Below are positions 42,901 through 51,724 of a DNA stretch of 64,000 nucleotides, piece by piece (positions within the stretch are counted from its first letter, which is position 1; each line of letters opens with the position of its first letter). Origin of the DNA: Peptococcia bacterium (GTDB lineage: Bacteria; Bacillota; Peptococcia; Peptococcales; SKKY01); assembly GCA_965228015.1 (NCBI GenBank), contig OZ245787.1, positions 446,938 to 510,937 on the forward strand, given 5' to 3'. The position numbers and the translations under genes were made by a program. The notes beneath the pieces are model-generated. The model ran no database searches. It saw only the letters and a list, made by a program, of their open reading frames with translations, and was not told where the DNA came from.

Positions 42901-44734
42901 CTAGCTCCGCCTCCGCCGCCACCAGAGGCTCCCATTCCACCGCCACCAGAAAAACCGCCACCGCTTCCTCCACCTGATGAATGCTGTCCTGTGGCAGAAG
43001 CTACTGTTGAGGCCAGAGAGGTTGTTATGGTATTTGTCATGTTGTTTACACTTGCGTTAAAAGAATTCCCTGAATATAAAGAGTGGTTGTAAATATACCA
43101 GCCCTGCCCAAAAATATAATCTCCTTCTTTTAAGTCCGGATATGACAATTCTAAGGCTTTTAATACTTCTTTAGCGGCTCCAAGGCTCACTGCATAAACA
43201 AGATAATGTTCCCACATTACAAGTGAAGGGATTGTCTCTTTTTCTATATTTGAGAAATCTTTAATAAATTTTTTAAAAGCTTTCCACTTATTAAATTCTG
43301 TTGCCCCTTTTTCTGTTCTTCTGCTATGAGATGCGAGACTTATCAGATAAATAAAACCTCCGGAAAACAAACCTATTCCTGCAAAAACAGCACTACCTTT
43401 GAATAAAATAAATAAAATTACAGGAATAATAAAAAATGCCATTCCAGGTATTGTTCTTTTTAGTATTTCTGATGCCTTTGTCTTTTCGAAAAGTTCTTCC
43501 TTGTCCATTATTTTCGTTACTTCTTCTTTCTATTTATTCCAAAACTCAACAAAGTCCTTTTTATTATCTTTGCTATATTTTTCGATTTCCTGAAATGAAA
43601 CACTATCTCCATCTCCCGCATCATTAAATAAAAAGTCATATATTATTTTTTCATGCTTCTTTAGTTCTGAAATATTTTTAGTAACTTTTTTGGTTAATCT
43701 GTAATCCGCCTTATCTTTAAACTGGAAAAATCCTTTCTTTTCAGGAATATATTCTTCAATTACTAGAAAACCTCTTCTGCCTAAGTCTAAAATTGTTGCA
43801 GTAATATCAACCGGGTCAATTCTTTTAAATCTGTACAGGTATCCGACCTCAACAGGAGGCCTTAAAGATGGAAGCTCCCTGTAATAATCTCCATCAAACT
43901 CCCCTTTAAATTCTCTTCCATATTTAAACCATTGAAAAACCGAAAAAACTATGCTGGAAATAAATGCAAAAATACCAAGAATTACACTATACAAAGTATA
44001 ATTTCTTTCCCGGTTAGCTTTATTTGCAAGTTCTGTTTCCTCATATATAATTTAATCTAATCCCTGAACACCGGTAAATCTTGTTGCCTCTGGCACAACT
44101 TCTAAAGGGAAAGCTACTCTTCCTGCAACAAAAGTTCTTGAAGGAATATTATTTATTTCCCAAATAACTGTATTATTTTCTTTTATACTGACTGTTCCAT
44201 TAAGAGGTCCATGTCCCCAGGCTTTTATTTCATTCTTTGGATCTTCCGAGAAACTAAATTCACCTCTAAAATAACTGATTGGTTTATCCCATTCATCACC
44301 GGAAAAAATATAATATAGTTCTGCAATGTCATTATGAATTTTTACTGCATTTTTAATTCGGTAAGAAAGAACAAACGTCCTGCTTTCATTTTCAGCTTCA
44401 AAACTCCAGTCTATGTATATTTTATCTCCTTCGTATTTAATAAAGTATGTACCTGCAGGTCCAATTTCCTGGGAGGGATTGAAGTCATAATAAATATTTC
44501 CTTCTCTGGTTTTTATATCTGTAATTTCTTCTTCCGGTTGCTTATTTATCCATTGAAACAATCCACTGTATTTACCATCAAATACAGCTGCTCTTTTCTC
44601 TTCTATATAAACAGAACCATCTTTTTTCAACTTCAACCTTTACTTCCAAAGATGGGAAACTATAATCTCTGGCATTTGCATTAAAGGTAAAAAAAGAAAA
44701 AGCAGAAATAAAAATATAATTCTACTTTTTTCAT
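42897..44734 (-). pseudogene. DUF2207-type membrane protein (LemA partner): two 5' frameshifts and two in-frame stop codons
   Basis: ATG 44734 with a signal peptide. A/T-run frame changes occur at 44689-44695 and about 44624-44629. In-frame TAA at 44052-44054 and in-frame TAG at 43530-43532. Gly-rich C-terminal tail. Confidence 0.75.
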
Positions 44735-44735
44735 A

Positions 44736-45266
44736 TTAAACACATCCTTCTTCTTTATCATAATAATCAGCCTTATCAAATTTTAACAATTTGGCCAGAA
44801 TATTATTAGGAAAAAGCTCGATTTTTATATTGTATTTTTGAACTGTATCATTATAAAACTGTCGGGAAAACATAATTTTGTTTTCTGTTTCAGCAAGTTC
44901 CTTTTGTAAACTCAAAAAATTTTCATTAGCCTTAAGATCTGGGTAATTCTCAGTAACTGCAAATAAATTTTTCAAAGTACCGGAAAGTTCTCCCTCTGCT
45001 TCAGCAATCTCTGATTTTGAATTTGCTACATTAACTATGTTACGAGCAGATACAATTTGAGTAAATACATTTTCTTCATGTGTGGCATAAGCTTTTACTA
45101 CTTCAACCAAATTAGGAATTAAATCTCTTCTTCTTTTTAAATTAACATCAATTTGGGACCAGGCATTTTTTACTCTCTGCCTTAAAACGATAAAACGATT
45201 ATAAAGAAATATAACCACTATTAATAAAACTACAAAAAAGCCAATAAAACCGGGATTAGTAAACAT
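44736..45266 (-). CDS. lemA: LemA family protein
   Basis: N-terminal TM, then [45 protein letters not shown]. Confidence 0.85.
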   Translation of the reverse strand: MFTNPGFIGFFVVLLIVVIFLYNRFIVLRQRVKNAWSQIDVNLKRRRDLIPNLVEVVKAYATHEENVFTQIVSARNIVNVANSKSEIAEAEGELSGTLKNLFAVTENYPDLKANENFLSLQKELAETENKIMFSRQFYNDTVQKYNIKIELFPNNILAKLLKFDKADYYDKEEGCV

Positions 45267-45303
45267 TATAATCCTCCATTTAAAAGATATTCTGATACAA
45301 CTT

Positions 45304-46703
45304 TTAAAAAACTTTTACAATATCAGGATCAAACTGAGACCCACTGTTTTCTTCAATTTCTTTTACTGTTTGACTAATAGGCAGAGCCTTCCTATAAGGT
45401 CGGTCATTTGTTATTGCATCAAAAGTGTCTGCAATTGCTAGTATTCTTGACTCAACTGGGATTTCCTCTCCCTTTAAACCTAAAGGATATCCAGAACCAT
45501 CCCATTTTTCCTGATGAGTTAGTATATAGTATGATATCTCTTTTAACTCATTGGATTCATTTGCAATTCTCTCTCCTATACTGGAGTGGGTTTTCATTAT
45601 TTCCCATTCTTCCCCAGTTAAAACACCGGGTTTTTTTAATATTGAATCGGGAATACCAACTTTCCCAATATCATGAAATTTTGAAAGCAGCTGAATCTTA
45701 TCAATTTGATTTTGAGTAAGTTTCATTTCTTTTGCTATTAATGTGGCCAAAGTTTCCATTCTGTCTGCATGACCTTCTGTAATATAATCTTTTACTTCTA
45801 AAGCCTTCATTAAGGTTTTTACCAGGTTATTTTTAGTGCTGGACTCCTTAAGCATTTTATTTTGATGCATGTTATTATCTGCTTCCTGAAAGAAGATAGA
45901 AGTATTTACCTCTCCTTTTTACTATATGCATAACCATAAGATAAACTAATACGAAATACCTCTTTCTCCTGGTTATGTTTTTCAAGCAAATTATTTAAAT
46001 TCTGTATCTCACTTTCTACTTCTTCTCTTGAAAAATTTTCAAGAATTACTGCAAATTCATCTCCGCCAACCCTTGCTACGAATCCTTTGTCTTTAAAATT
46101 TTCTCTGATTATATTACTAACAACAACCATTAACCTATCACCAGCAATATGTCCTAAAGTATCATTTACAATTTTCAGCCCGTCTATATCTATTAATATC
46201 AAAGCTCTTGATATATCACTTTTTTCTTCAAATCTCTTAAATATTTCTTCAAAATAGTTTCTGTTATAAAGATTAGTTAAACTATCCTTTTCTGCCATGT
46301 CCCTTAATTTTTTCTCCATTAAAACTCTTTCTGTAATATCTCTTATCATTATCAACACTTCATCTATTTCAGAAGTGCTGATTCTGGCCTCTAAATAATA
46401 ATTTTCTTTTGTTTTATTTAAAATAAAATTTAAAGTAATTAGTTCCTTGTATTTTATTGCTTTATTTATTCCTTCTCTTAGCAATCCGGTTATTTCTTTA
46501 TCCTTAAGAATATCACCAATCAAAGGACTTAATTTTTCGGAAGAAAATGAGAAAGGAGTAACATAACTTCTTGAATCACTTACAAAAAGCATGTCAGGAA
46601 TAGTTTTTAGCAAAGCCTTGTTTCTAATATTCGCTTTCTCAAGCTCCAAAATTTTTTCCTGAAGCTCTGAATAATAATTCTTTCTAAAAGAATCCTCTTC
46701 CAA
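45304..46703 (-). pseudogene. PAS-GGDEF-HD-GYP signalling protein split by one frameshift inside the GGDEF domain
   Basis: ORF 45906-46703 ends ..RVGGDEFAVIL..SLSYGYAYSKKER-stop. The GGDEF C-terminus (FFQEADNNMHQNK) continues in the HD-GYP ORF frame (HDIGKVGIP, HQEKWDGSGYP). The junction is at the T5 run 45916-45920. Confidence 0.7.
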
Positions 46704-47869
46704 ACCAATAATAGCTTCTCTTGTAAAATTCTTTCATAAATATTCCTCACTTCAGCTGGAGAAAGTTCTTTTGGATTAGTAACCATGCAAGGGTCATTCA
46801 AAGCATTTTTCACAACTAAATCATATAAATCATCTTTTGAACCTGCAATTTCAATATAACTTCTGATTCCAACATTTTCCCTTAAAATGCGAATTCTTTC
46901 AAGTAGTTTTTCTTTTACAGAATTTAAAGAATTTATTTCAATCCCCAAACTTCTTGAAATATTATTATATTTCTCTGGTGCTGAATCAAAATTTAAATCT
47001 ATTACATATTCTAATAAAATACTGTTACATTCTCCGTGAGGAAGATCAAGAAGGCCTCCAAGGCTGCGGGCCATACCATGAACTGCCCCAAGACTGGCAT
47101 TAGAAAAGGCAATTCCTGCATATAATGAACCAAGCATTAAATTGTTCATTATTTCAATATCCTTTTCTTCAGTCACAGCTTTTTCAAGATTTTTATTAAT
47201 TATTTTTATAGCCTCCAAGGCATGAATATCAGTTAAATTTGATTGTGCATTAGAAACATATGCCTCTATTGCATGAGTTAAAGCATCCATTCCAGTACAG
47301 GCAATAAGATTTGAATTCATTGTCATTAAAGGTACCAGGTCAATCAATGCAAGGTCCGGTACTACTTTTTTACTGATTATTGCTTTTTTAAGTAATTCAT
47401 TACTATCACATATTATTGCAAACTGAGAAACATCTACTGAGGTCCCTGAAGTACTGGGGATACAAACTAAAAGAGGCCCAGGTAATTTTATTTCATCTAC
47501 TCCTTCATAATCTAAAATATGTCCCCCGTTTGTAGCTACAATTGCAATCCCCTTGGCACAATCCATAGGGCTGCCACCGCCGACAGCAATAATAAGATCA
47601 CAATCTCCCGATAGAAAAACTTCAGCTCCAAGCATAGCTTCATAATCTTTCGGATTTTCTGAAACTCCATCAAATATACTATATGAACTGGTAAACTTTT
47701 CTATCTCATTTAATATGTCTTTATACCATTGTAACTCTGTTATATTATTATCAGTTACTATCAGGGGTTTTTTTGAGCTGAAATGAGATAAATATCTGCC
47801 AATTAACAATCTGGAATCTTCTCCTATTATTATTTCAGGAACAACAAATTTTCTTAATTCTTTACTCAA
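46607..47869 (-). CDS. iron-containing alcohol dehydrogenase
   Basis: GGGSPMDCAKGIA and ALTHAIEAY..HGECNSILL motifs. The 3' end runs about 97 nt into the next gene, so the true stop is uncertain. Confidence 0.8.
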   Translation of the reverse strand: MSKELRKFVVPEIIIGEDSRLLIGRYLSHFSSKKPLIVTDNNITELQWYKDILNEIEKFTSSYSIFDGVSENPKDYEAMLGAEVFLSGDCDLIIAVGGGSPMDCAKGIAIVATNGGHILDYEGVDEIKLPGPLLVCIPSTSGTSVDVSQFAIICDSNELLKKAIISKKVVPDLALIDLVPLMTMNSNLIACTGMDALTHAIEAYVSNAQSNLTDIHALEAIKIINKNLEKAVTEEKDIEIMNNLMLGSLYAGIAFSNASLGAVHGMARSLGGLLDLPHGECNSILLEYVIDLNFDSAPEKYNNISRSLGIEINSLNSVKEKLLERIRILRENVGIRSYIEIAGSKDDLYDLVVKNALNDPCMVTNPKELSPAEVRNIYERILQEKLLLVWKRILLERIIIQSFRKKFWSLRKRILETRLC

Positions 47870-47930
47870 CTTAAAAACCCCCTTTAATAAATCTCCTTCT
47901 ATCTTACCATTTTTCCCTTATTTGTAACCA

Positions 47931-47974
47931 ATAAAAAAGCTATTACTTTCTGGTTATTCCAGAAGGTAATAGCT
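47931..47974 (-). terminator. strong intrinsic terminator after the NifX-like/MinD-Fd operon
   Basis: 16-bp stem AGCTATTACCTTCTGG/CCAGAAAGTAATAGCT (one G-T pair) followed by T6 on the minus strand. Confidence 0.7.
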
Positions 47975-47982
47975 TTACTTTT

Positions 47983-48327
47983 TTATTCATGATGCCCGTG
48001 TTCATGACAAACAGAACCAGCGCAATTCAAATTACCAGATAAGTAATTTCGGAGTACTTCATCGCTTAAACCCTTTGCTCCAATAATAACTTCTATATTA
48101 TTTTCATTAAAGAGATCTACAGCTCCTCCACCCATTCCTCCAGAGATTATTGTATTTACACCTTTCTCGTGAAGGAAGACAGGTAAAAAACCTGGTTTAT
48201 GTCCCGGATTCTGAACCATTTCCTTACTAAGCAGATGCCCGTTATCTACAGTATAAATAATAAATCCCTCACAATGGCCAAAATGTTCAGTAACTTTTTC
48301 ATTATCTGAAGCAATTGCAATTTTCAT
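47983..48327 (-). CDS. NifB/NifX-family (Nitro_FeMo-Co domain) protein with a His/Cys-rich tail
   Basis: MKIAIASDNEKVTEHFGHCEGFIIY..ISGGMGGGA. The tail reads CAGSVCHEHGHHE. Confidence 0.7.
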   Translation of the reverse strand: MKIAIASDNEKVTEHFGHCEGFIIYTVDNGHLLSKEMVQNPGHKPGFLPVFLHEKGVNTIISGGMGGGAVDLFNENNIEVIIGAKGLSDEVLRNYLSGNLNCAGSVCHEHGHHE

Positions 48328-48329
48328 GT

Positions 48330-49193
48330 TTAAACCTCCATGTATTTTTTTATTATTTCATAAATTTTTCGAAGTTCATTTCCTGATTCACACTCTATAT
48401 CAGCAATAGTTAAGCCACGGTTGACTGCTTTTATAGCTTCTTTATCAAAAGGAATCTCTCCGATATAAGGAATATTATTTTTAGAACAAAAATCTTTAAT
48501 ATCATTAGTTTTTTCAATATTAGTGTCATATTTGTTAATACAGACTAAAGAATTGGTTTGAAATTTTGATGACGTTGAAATAATTCTTTCCATATCAGAA
48601 ATCCCAGATATAGATGGCTCTGCAACAATAAGAACCATGTCTACCCCGCTAATTGAAGCAATAACTGGGCAGCCTATTCCCGGAGAACCATCAATAATTG
48701 CAAAGTCAGCATCTTTTGCATTTTCTTTAAGTTGCTTTTTTACTTCGCTAACCAATAATCCAGAAGTACCGCTACCCATTTTTAATTTTGCCGTTGAAAA
48801 TACAACATCATCTTTATACAATTCTATATCTCCGGCTTTTGCTGGCTTTAACTTTATTGCTCCAGCCGGGCATACATATTCGCAGACACCACAGCCTTCA
48901 CAGGCGAAATAATCAATTAAATAATTTCCATTTTCTAAATAAATGCTTTCAAATCTGCATTTTTCCATACATATTCCACATTTAACACAGAACTCTTGAT
49001 TAATTTCTGCTTTGGGCAGACCAAAATAATCCTTTTTTATTGGATCAGTATTTTGTCTTAATACTAAATGAAGATTAGGAGCATCGATGTCACAATCAGC
49101 AAAGGCCTTAGCTTCAGATATTTTTATTAATGCACTTGCAATAGTTGTTTTACCCGTTCCGCCTTTACCGCTTAAAACAAGAAGTTGTCTCAT
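48330..49193 (-). CDS. MinD/ParA-superfamily P-loop ATPase with an inserted 2x[4Fe-4S] ferredoxin domain
   Basis: Deviant Walker A LSGKGGTGKTT. Cys clusters CVKCGICMEKC and CEGCGVCEYVCP. Confidence 0.75.
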   Translation of the reverse strand: MRQLLVLSGKGGTGKTTIASALIKISEAKAFADCDIDAPNLHLVLRQNTDPIKKDYFGLPKAEINQEFCVKCGICMEKCRFESIYLENGNYLIDYFACEGCGVCEYVCPAGAIKLKPAKAGDIELYKDDVVFSTAKLKMGSGTSGLLVSEVKKQLKENAKDADFAIIDGSPGIGCPVIASISGVDMVLIVAEPSISGISDMERIISTSSKFQTNSLVCINKYDTNIEKTNDIKDFCSKNNIPYIGEIPFDKEAIKAVNRGLTIADIECESGNELRKIYEIIKKYMEV

Positions 49194-49194
49194 T

Positions 49195-50034
49195 TTATTT
49201 TACCTCCCTTACTATTTTTTCAAGTAGAGAGGAAAATACTTTTTTATATTCTTCTTTTTCATTAGCGATAATATTTCCTTCACTGTTTAGTTTGCCAATT
49301 TCTTCACTATAATAAATTTTACCTAAAATATTAATATTATTTTCATTACAAAAATATTCAGAAGGATTAATTCCTTCTGAATATTTATTCAAAATAACAC
49401 CTGCGGGCTTATTGAATAATTTTACCAGTTCATAAACCATTTCCAGATTATGGGCTCCGAAAACAGAGGGTTCTGCTACAAGCAAACAGCAATCTGCATC
49501 TTTAATACTTTCCATTACTATACAGGCACTCCCAGGAGGACAGTCTACAATATTAATATAATTATTCTTTTTGTCACTTTCCTTCATTAGTTCTTTTATT
49601 AAAGGCACCCCTGAAGCTTCACCAATATTTAAAATACCTGTAAAAACAGAAACATTTCCACTATTTCCAATTTCTATTTTACCAATGCTTTTATATTTTT
49701 CTGCAATAGCTCCTGCTGGGCAAACTAACATGCAACCTCCACAAGAATGGCAAATATCTTCAAAGACCAGTAATTTATTACCTGTGTATGCTAAGGCATT
49801 AAAATTACAAAAATTAACACATTTTCTGCAGCCAATACATTTTTCCTGATCTACAGAAGGTATTTTGACTTTTATTTCTTTGGTATTACCTTTTTCAGGA
49901 TTGAAATATAAAAATCCGTTTGGTTCTTCAACATCACAATCAATATAATTACTATTCCCTGCTGAATAGGCAAGATTAACCGATACCAGAGTTTTGCCCG
50001 TACCACCTTTACCACTTAATACTGCTATTTTCAT
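49195..50034 (-). CDS. MinD/ParA-superfamily P-loop ATPase with an inserted 2x[4Fe-4S] ferredoxin domain (paralogue)
   Basis: LSGKGGTGKTL. Cys clusters CIGCRKCVNFC and CHSCGGCMLVCP. Confidence 0.75.
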   Translation of the reverse strand: MKIAVLSGKGGTGKTLVSVNLAYSAGNSNYIDCDVEEPNGFLYFNPEKGNTKEIKVKIPSVDQEKCIGCRKCVNFCNFNALAYTGNKLLVFEDICHSCGGCMLVCPAGAIAEKYKSIGKIEIGNSGNVSVFTGILNIGEASGVPLIKELMKESDKKNNYINIVDCPPGSACIVMESIKDADCCLLVAEPSVFGAHNLEMVYELVKLFNKPAGVILNKYSEGINPSEYFCNENNINILGKIYYSEEIGKLNSEGNIIANEKEEYKKVFSSLLEKIVREVK

Positions 50035-50036
50035 AA

Positions 50037-50405
50037 TTAATTACTTACCTTGCCATGAAATCCTTCATGGATATCATTTAATAAAGATAACTTATTATCT
50101 AAAAAAATATCAATATTTTCCCTGGCAGAAACCTTTTCGGATTTATACATTTTTATTTCTGCATTGTTAATAACATCAGCCGCATTTTCTCCGCATCTTG
50201 GGGTAATCAATACTTCCGCACCGCTGTCAACTACTAACTGAGCGGCTTTTATTCCTGCTCCCCCTTTTGCGTTTGCTGCAGTGTTTTCTATATATTCAGC
50301 AGCCTTGCTTTCTGTATCATAAATTAAATAGTATGGCGCCCTTCCAAAGGAAACCGAAACTAGATTATTAATATCTTTCTCATCTATTGGTATTGCTATT
50401 TTCAC
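50037..50405 (-). CDS. NifB/NifX-family (Nitro_FeMo-Co domain) protein
   Basis: GTG 50405 sits behind AGGAGG. VKIAIPIDEKD..SFGRAPYYLIYD..GGAGIKAAQLVVDSGAEVLITPRCGENA. Confidence 0.65.
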   Translation of the reverse strand: MKIAIPIDEKDINNLVSVSFGRAPYYLIYDTESKAAEYIENTAANAKGGAGIKAAQLVVDSGAEVLITPRCGENAADVINNAEIKMYKSEKVSARENIDIFLDNKLSLLNDIHEGFHGKVSN

Positions 50406-50773
50406 TACAAAAACCTCCTGTTCCTTCCTTGTCCAGAACCATGTCCGCATATTCCGCAGCTTTGACCAGGTTCCTGGTCTTCACATAGAAGATAATCTCC
50501 CCCTTCAATTTTCATTAAAACCCCTTCTACTAAGGAGGCTGAAATTTTTTTCCTTGCGCTGTTATATATACCCTGGACTGTAGTTCGGGCTACATCCATT
50601 CTTACAGCACATTCCTCTTGATTTAGTCCTTCATAATCGATTAAACGTATCGTCTCATATTCATCAATACTTAAAACAATTATTTGATCTTCCTGAACTG
50701 ATCCCTTTAATGGGCCAAAAAGAGTTCTTTTAGGTAATTCGCATACCCTTCTTCTTCTTCTCGGTCTGGGCAT
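50405..50773 (-). CDS. DUF134 (UPF0251) predicted DNA-binding protein
   Basis: MPRPRRRRRVCELP..DEYETIRLIDYEGLNQEECAVRMDVARTTVQGIYNSARKKIS..IEGGDY. Cys/Gly/Arg tail. Confidence 0.75.
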   Translation of the reverse strand: MPRPRRRRRVCELPKRTLFGPLKGSVQEDQIIVLSIDEYETIRLIDYEGLNQEECAVRMDVARTTVQGIYNSARKKISASLVEGVLMKIEGGDYLLCEDQEPGQSCGICGHGSGQGRNRRFL

Positions 50774-50776
50774 ATT

Positions 50777-50965
50777 TTACAAGCTTCTCCTTCCCTGTCT
50801 TCTTCCACAACCTCTTCCGGCACCTTGCATTTTAAGTCCTCTTGCGAAACCGAAAGTTCTTTCATTTGATTCAAGTGAGTTATTACTTCCATTGCTGCAA
50901 TTTCCCATTTTTCTTCCAGTCATAGGACCTTTACCTTCTGGACCTGTACTATTTCTACCTGGCAT
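50777..50965 (-). CDS. DUF5320-like small Gly/Arg-rich protein
   Basis: ATG 50965 sits behind GGGGGGAG. MPGRNSTGPEGKGPMTGRKMGNC..GRGCGRRQGRR. Confidence 0.6.
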   Translation of the reverse strand: MPGRNSTGPEGKGPMTGRKMGNCSNGSNNSLESNERTFGFARGLKMQGAGRGCGRRQGRRSL

Positions 50966-50982
50966 TTTTCTCCCCCCTTTAT

Positions 50983-51034
50983 TGACATATGTCATTTACA
51001 GTTATCATTTTACTCCTTTTGCAACATATGTCAA
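50983..51034 (-). promoter_or_regulatory. near-consensus promoter (TTGACA-16-TAAAAT) plus the perfect 12-bp palindrome TGACATATGTCA
   Basis: Minus strand: -35 at 51029-51034 and -10 at 51007-51012. The palindrome at 50983-50994 lies just downstream of the predicted start. The 10-mer TGACATATGT also forms the -35 site. Confidence 0.55.
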
Positions 51035-51037
51035 TAA

Positions 51038-51724
51038 CTATATTTCTGAGAGACCGTAAATTTCCTCTACAGGAAGAACAAAAGCAATCCCATTACCTTC
51101 ATCATTTAACTTAACCTCTTCAATTATGCTTTTTAAAATTTCTGATGTTTTTACTTTATCAGTTAATATCAATATTATTTCTTTTTCCGGTTCAATTGCT
51201 ATTCCAAAAAGTTTTGCCTTTTCATGAATTCCTGAACCTCTGCCAGTTAATATAGTGCCTCCGGATGCTCCAGCCTTTTGAGATGCCTCAATTACACTGT
51301 CAGACCTGCCTTTATTTACAATAGAAATAATTAATTCATGTGTACAAGATTCCAATTTTTCCTCCTCCATTTCAATTATTGTATTTTTATTGAAATTACA
51401 TATATGACATATCTCAGCAATAAAAGAAGGTTTTATAAAAAAAGCTATTCCTTCTCCAGGGTTTTTAAAACAAACTGTTTTTTTTATATTTTCCAAAGTG
51501 TTTCTTGCTATTTCATCCTTTAATAATATTAATATAATTTCTTTTTCTCTTTCTGGAGGAATTCCTAAAAAACTTTTCATTTCTTTGCTGGCTGTTCCTC
51601 TGCCACCAATAATTGTTGCTCCTTCAACTCCTGCCTCTTTCGCAGACTTAATTAGATGTTTCCCCATGTTTTTATTCACTATACTAATTAGAAGTTTGAA
51701 ATTATCCAGAGAATGTACTTTCAT
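51038..51724 (-). CDS. tandem (duplicated) P-II-like signal-transduction protein
   Basis: Two internally similar halves (LLISIVNKNMG..GATIIGGRGT..EREKEIILILL..GEGIAFFI and LIISIVNKGRS..GGTILTGRGS..EPEKEIILILT..GNGIAFVL). The linker has CHIC...CTH. Start ATG 51724 sits behind AGGAG. Confidence 0.65.
   Translation of the reverse strand: MKVHSLDNFKLLISIVNKNMGKHLIKSAKEAGVEGATIIGGRGTASKEMKSFLGIPPEREKEIILILLKDEIARNTLENIKKTVCFKNPGEGIAFFIKPSFIAEICHICNFNKNTIIEMEEEKLESCTHELIISIVNKGRSDSVIEASQKAGASGGTILTGRGSGIHEKAKLFGIAIEPEKEIILILTDKVKTSEILKSIIEEVKLNDEGNGIAFVLPVEEIYGLSEI

Noticed and set aside
42868-43092. Plus-strand ORF encoding a striking proline-rich peptide (..APPPPPPEAPIPPPPEKPPPLPPPD..).
   Set aside because: It is the antisense shadow of the Gly-rich C-terminal tail (..SGGGSGGGFSGGGGMGASGGGGGGAR) of the DUF2207 gene on the minus strand. 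It has no RBS and no independent support.
46607-46703. A 97-nt overlap between the Fe-ADH ORF and the start of the GGDEF gene, considered as a fusion or a programmed frameshift.
   Set aside because: The ADH tail (..LLLVWKRILLERIIIQSFRKKFWSLRKRILETRLC) looks like out-of-frame translation of the next gene. A lost ADH stop codon, or a small indel near 46720, is the more likely cause. I cannot locate it confidently.
50996-51024. A 9-codon mini-ORF (MITVNDICQ) in the leader of the DUF5320/DUF134 operon, preceded by AAGGAG.
   Set aside because: The RBS-to-ATG spacing is only 4 nt. The ORF is fully explained by the overlapping -10 element and palindrome. There is no evidence for a leader-peptide mechanism.
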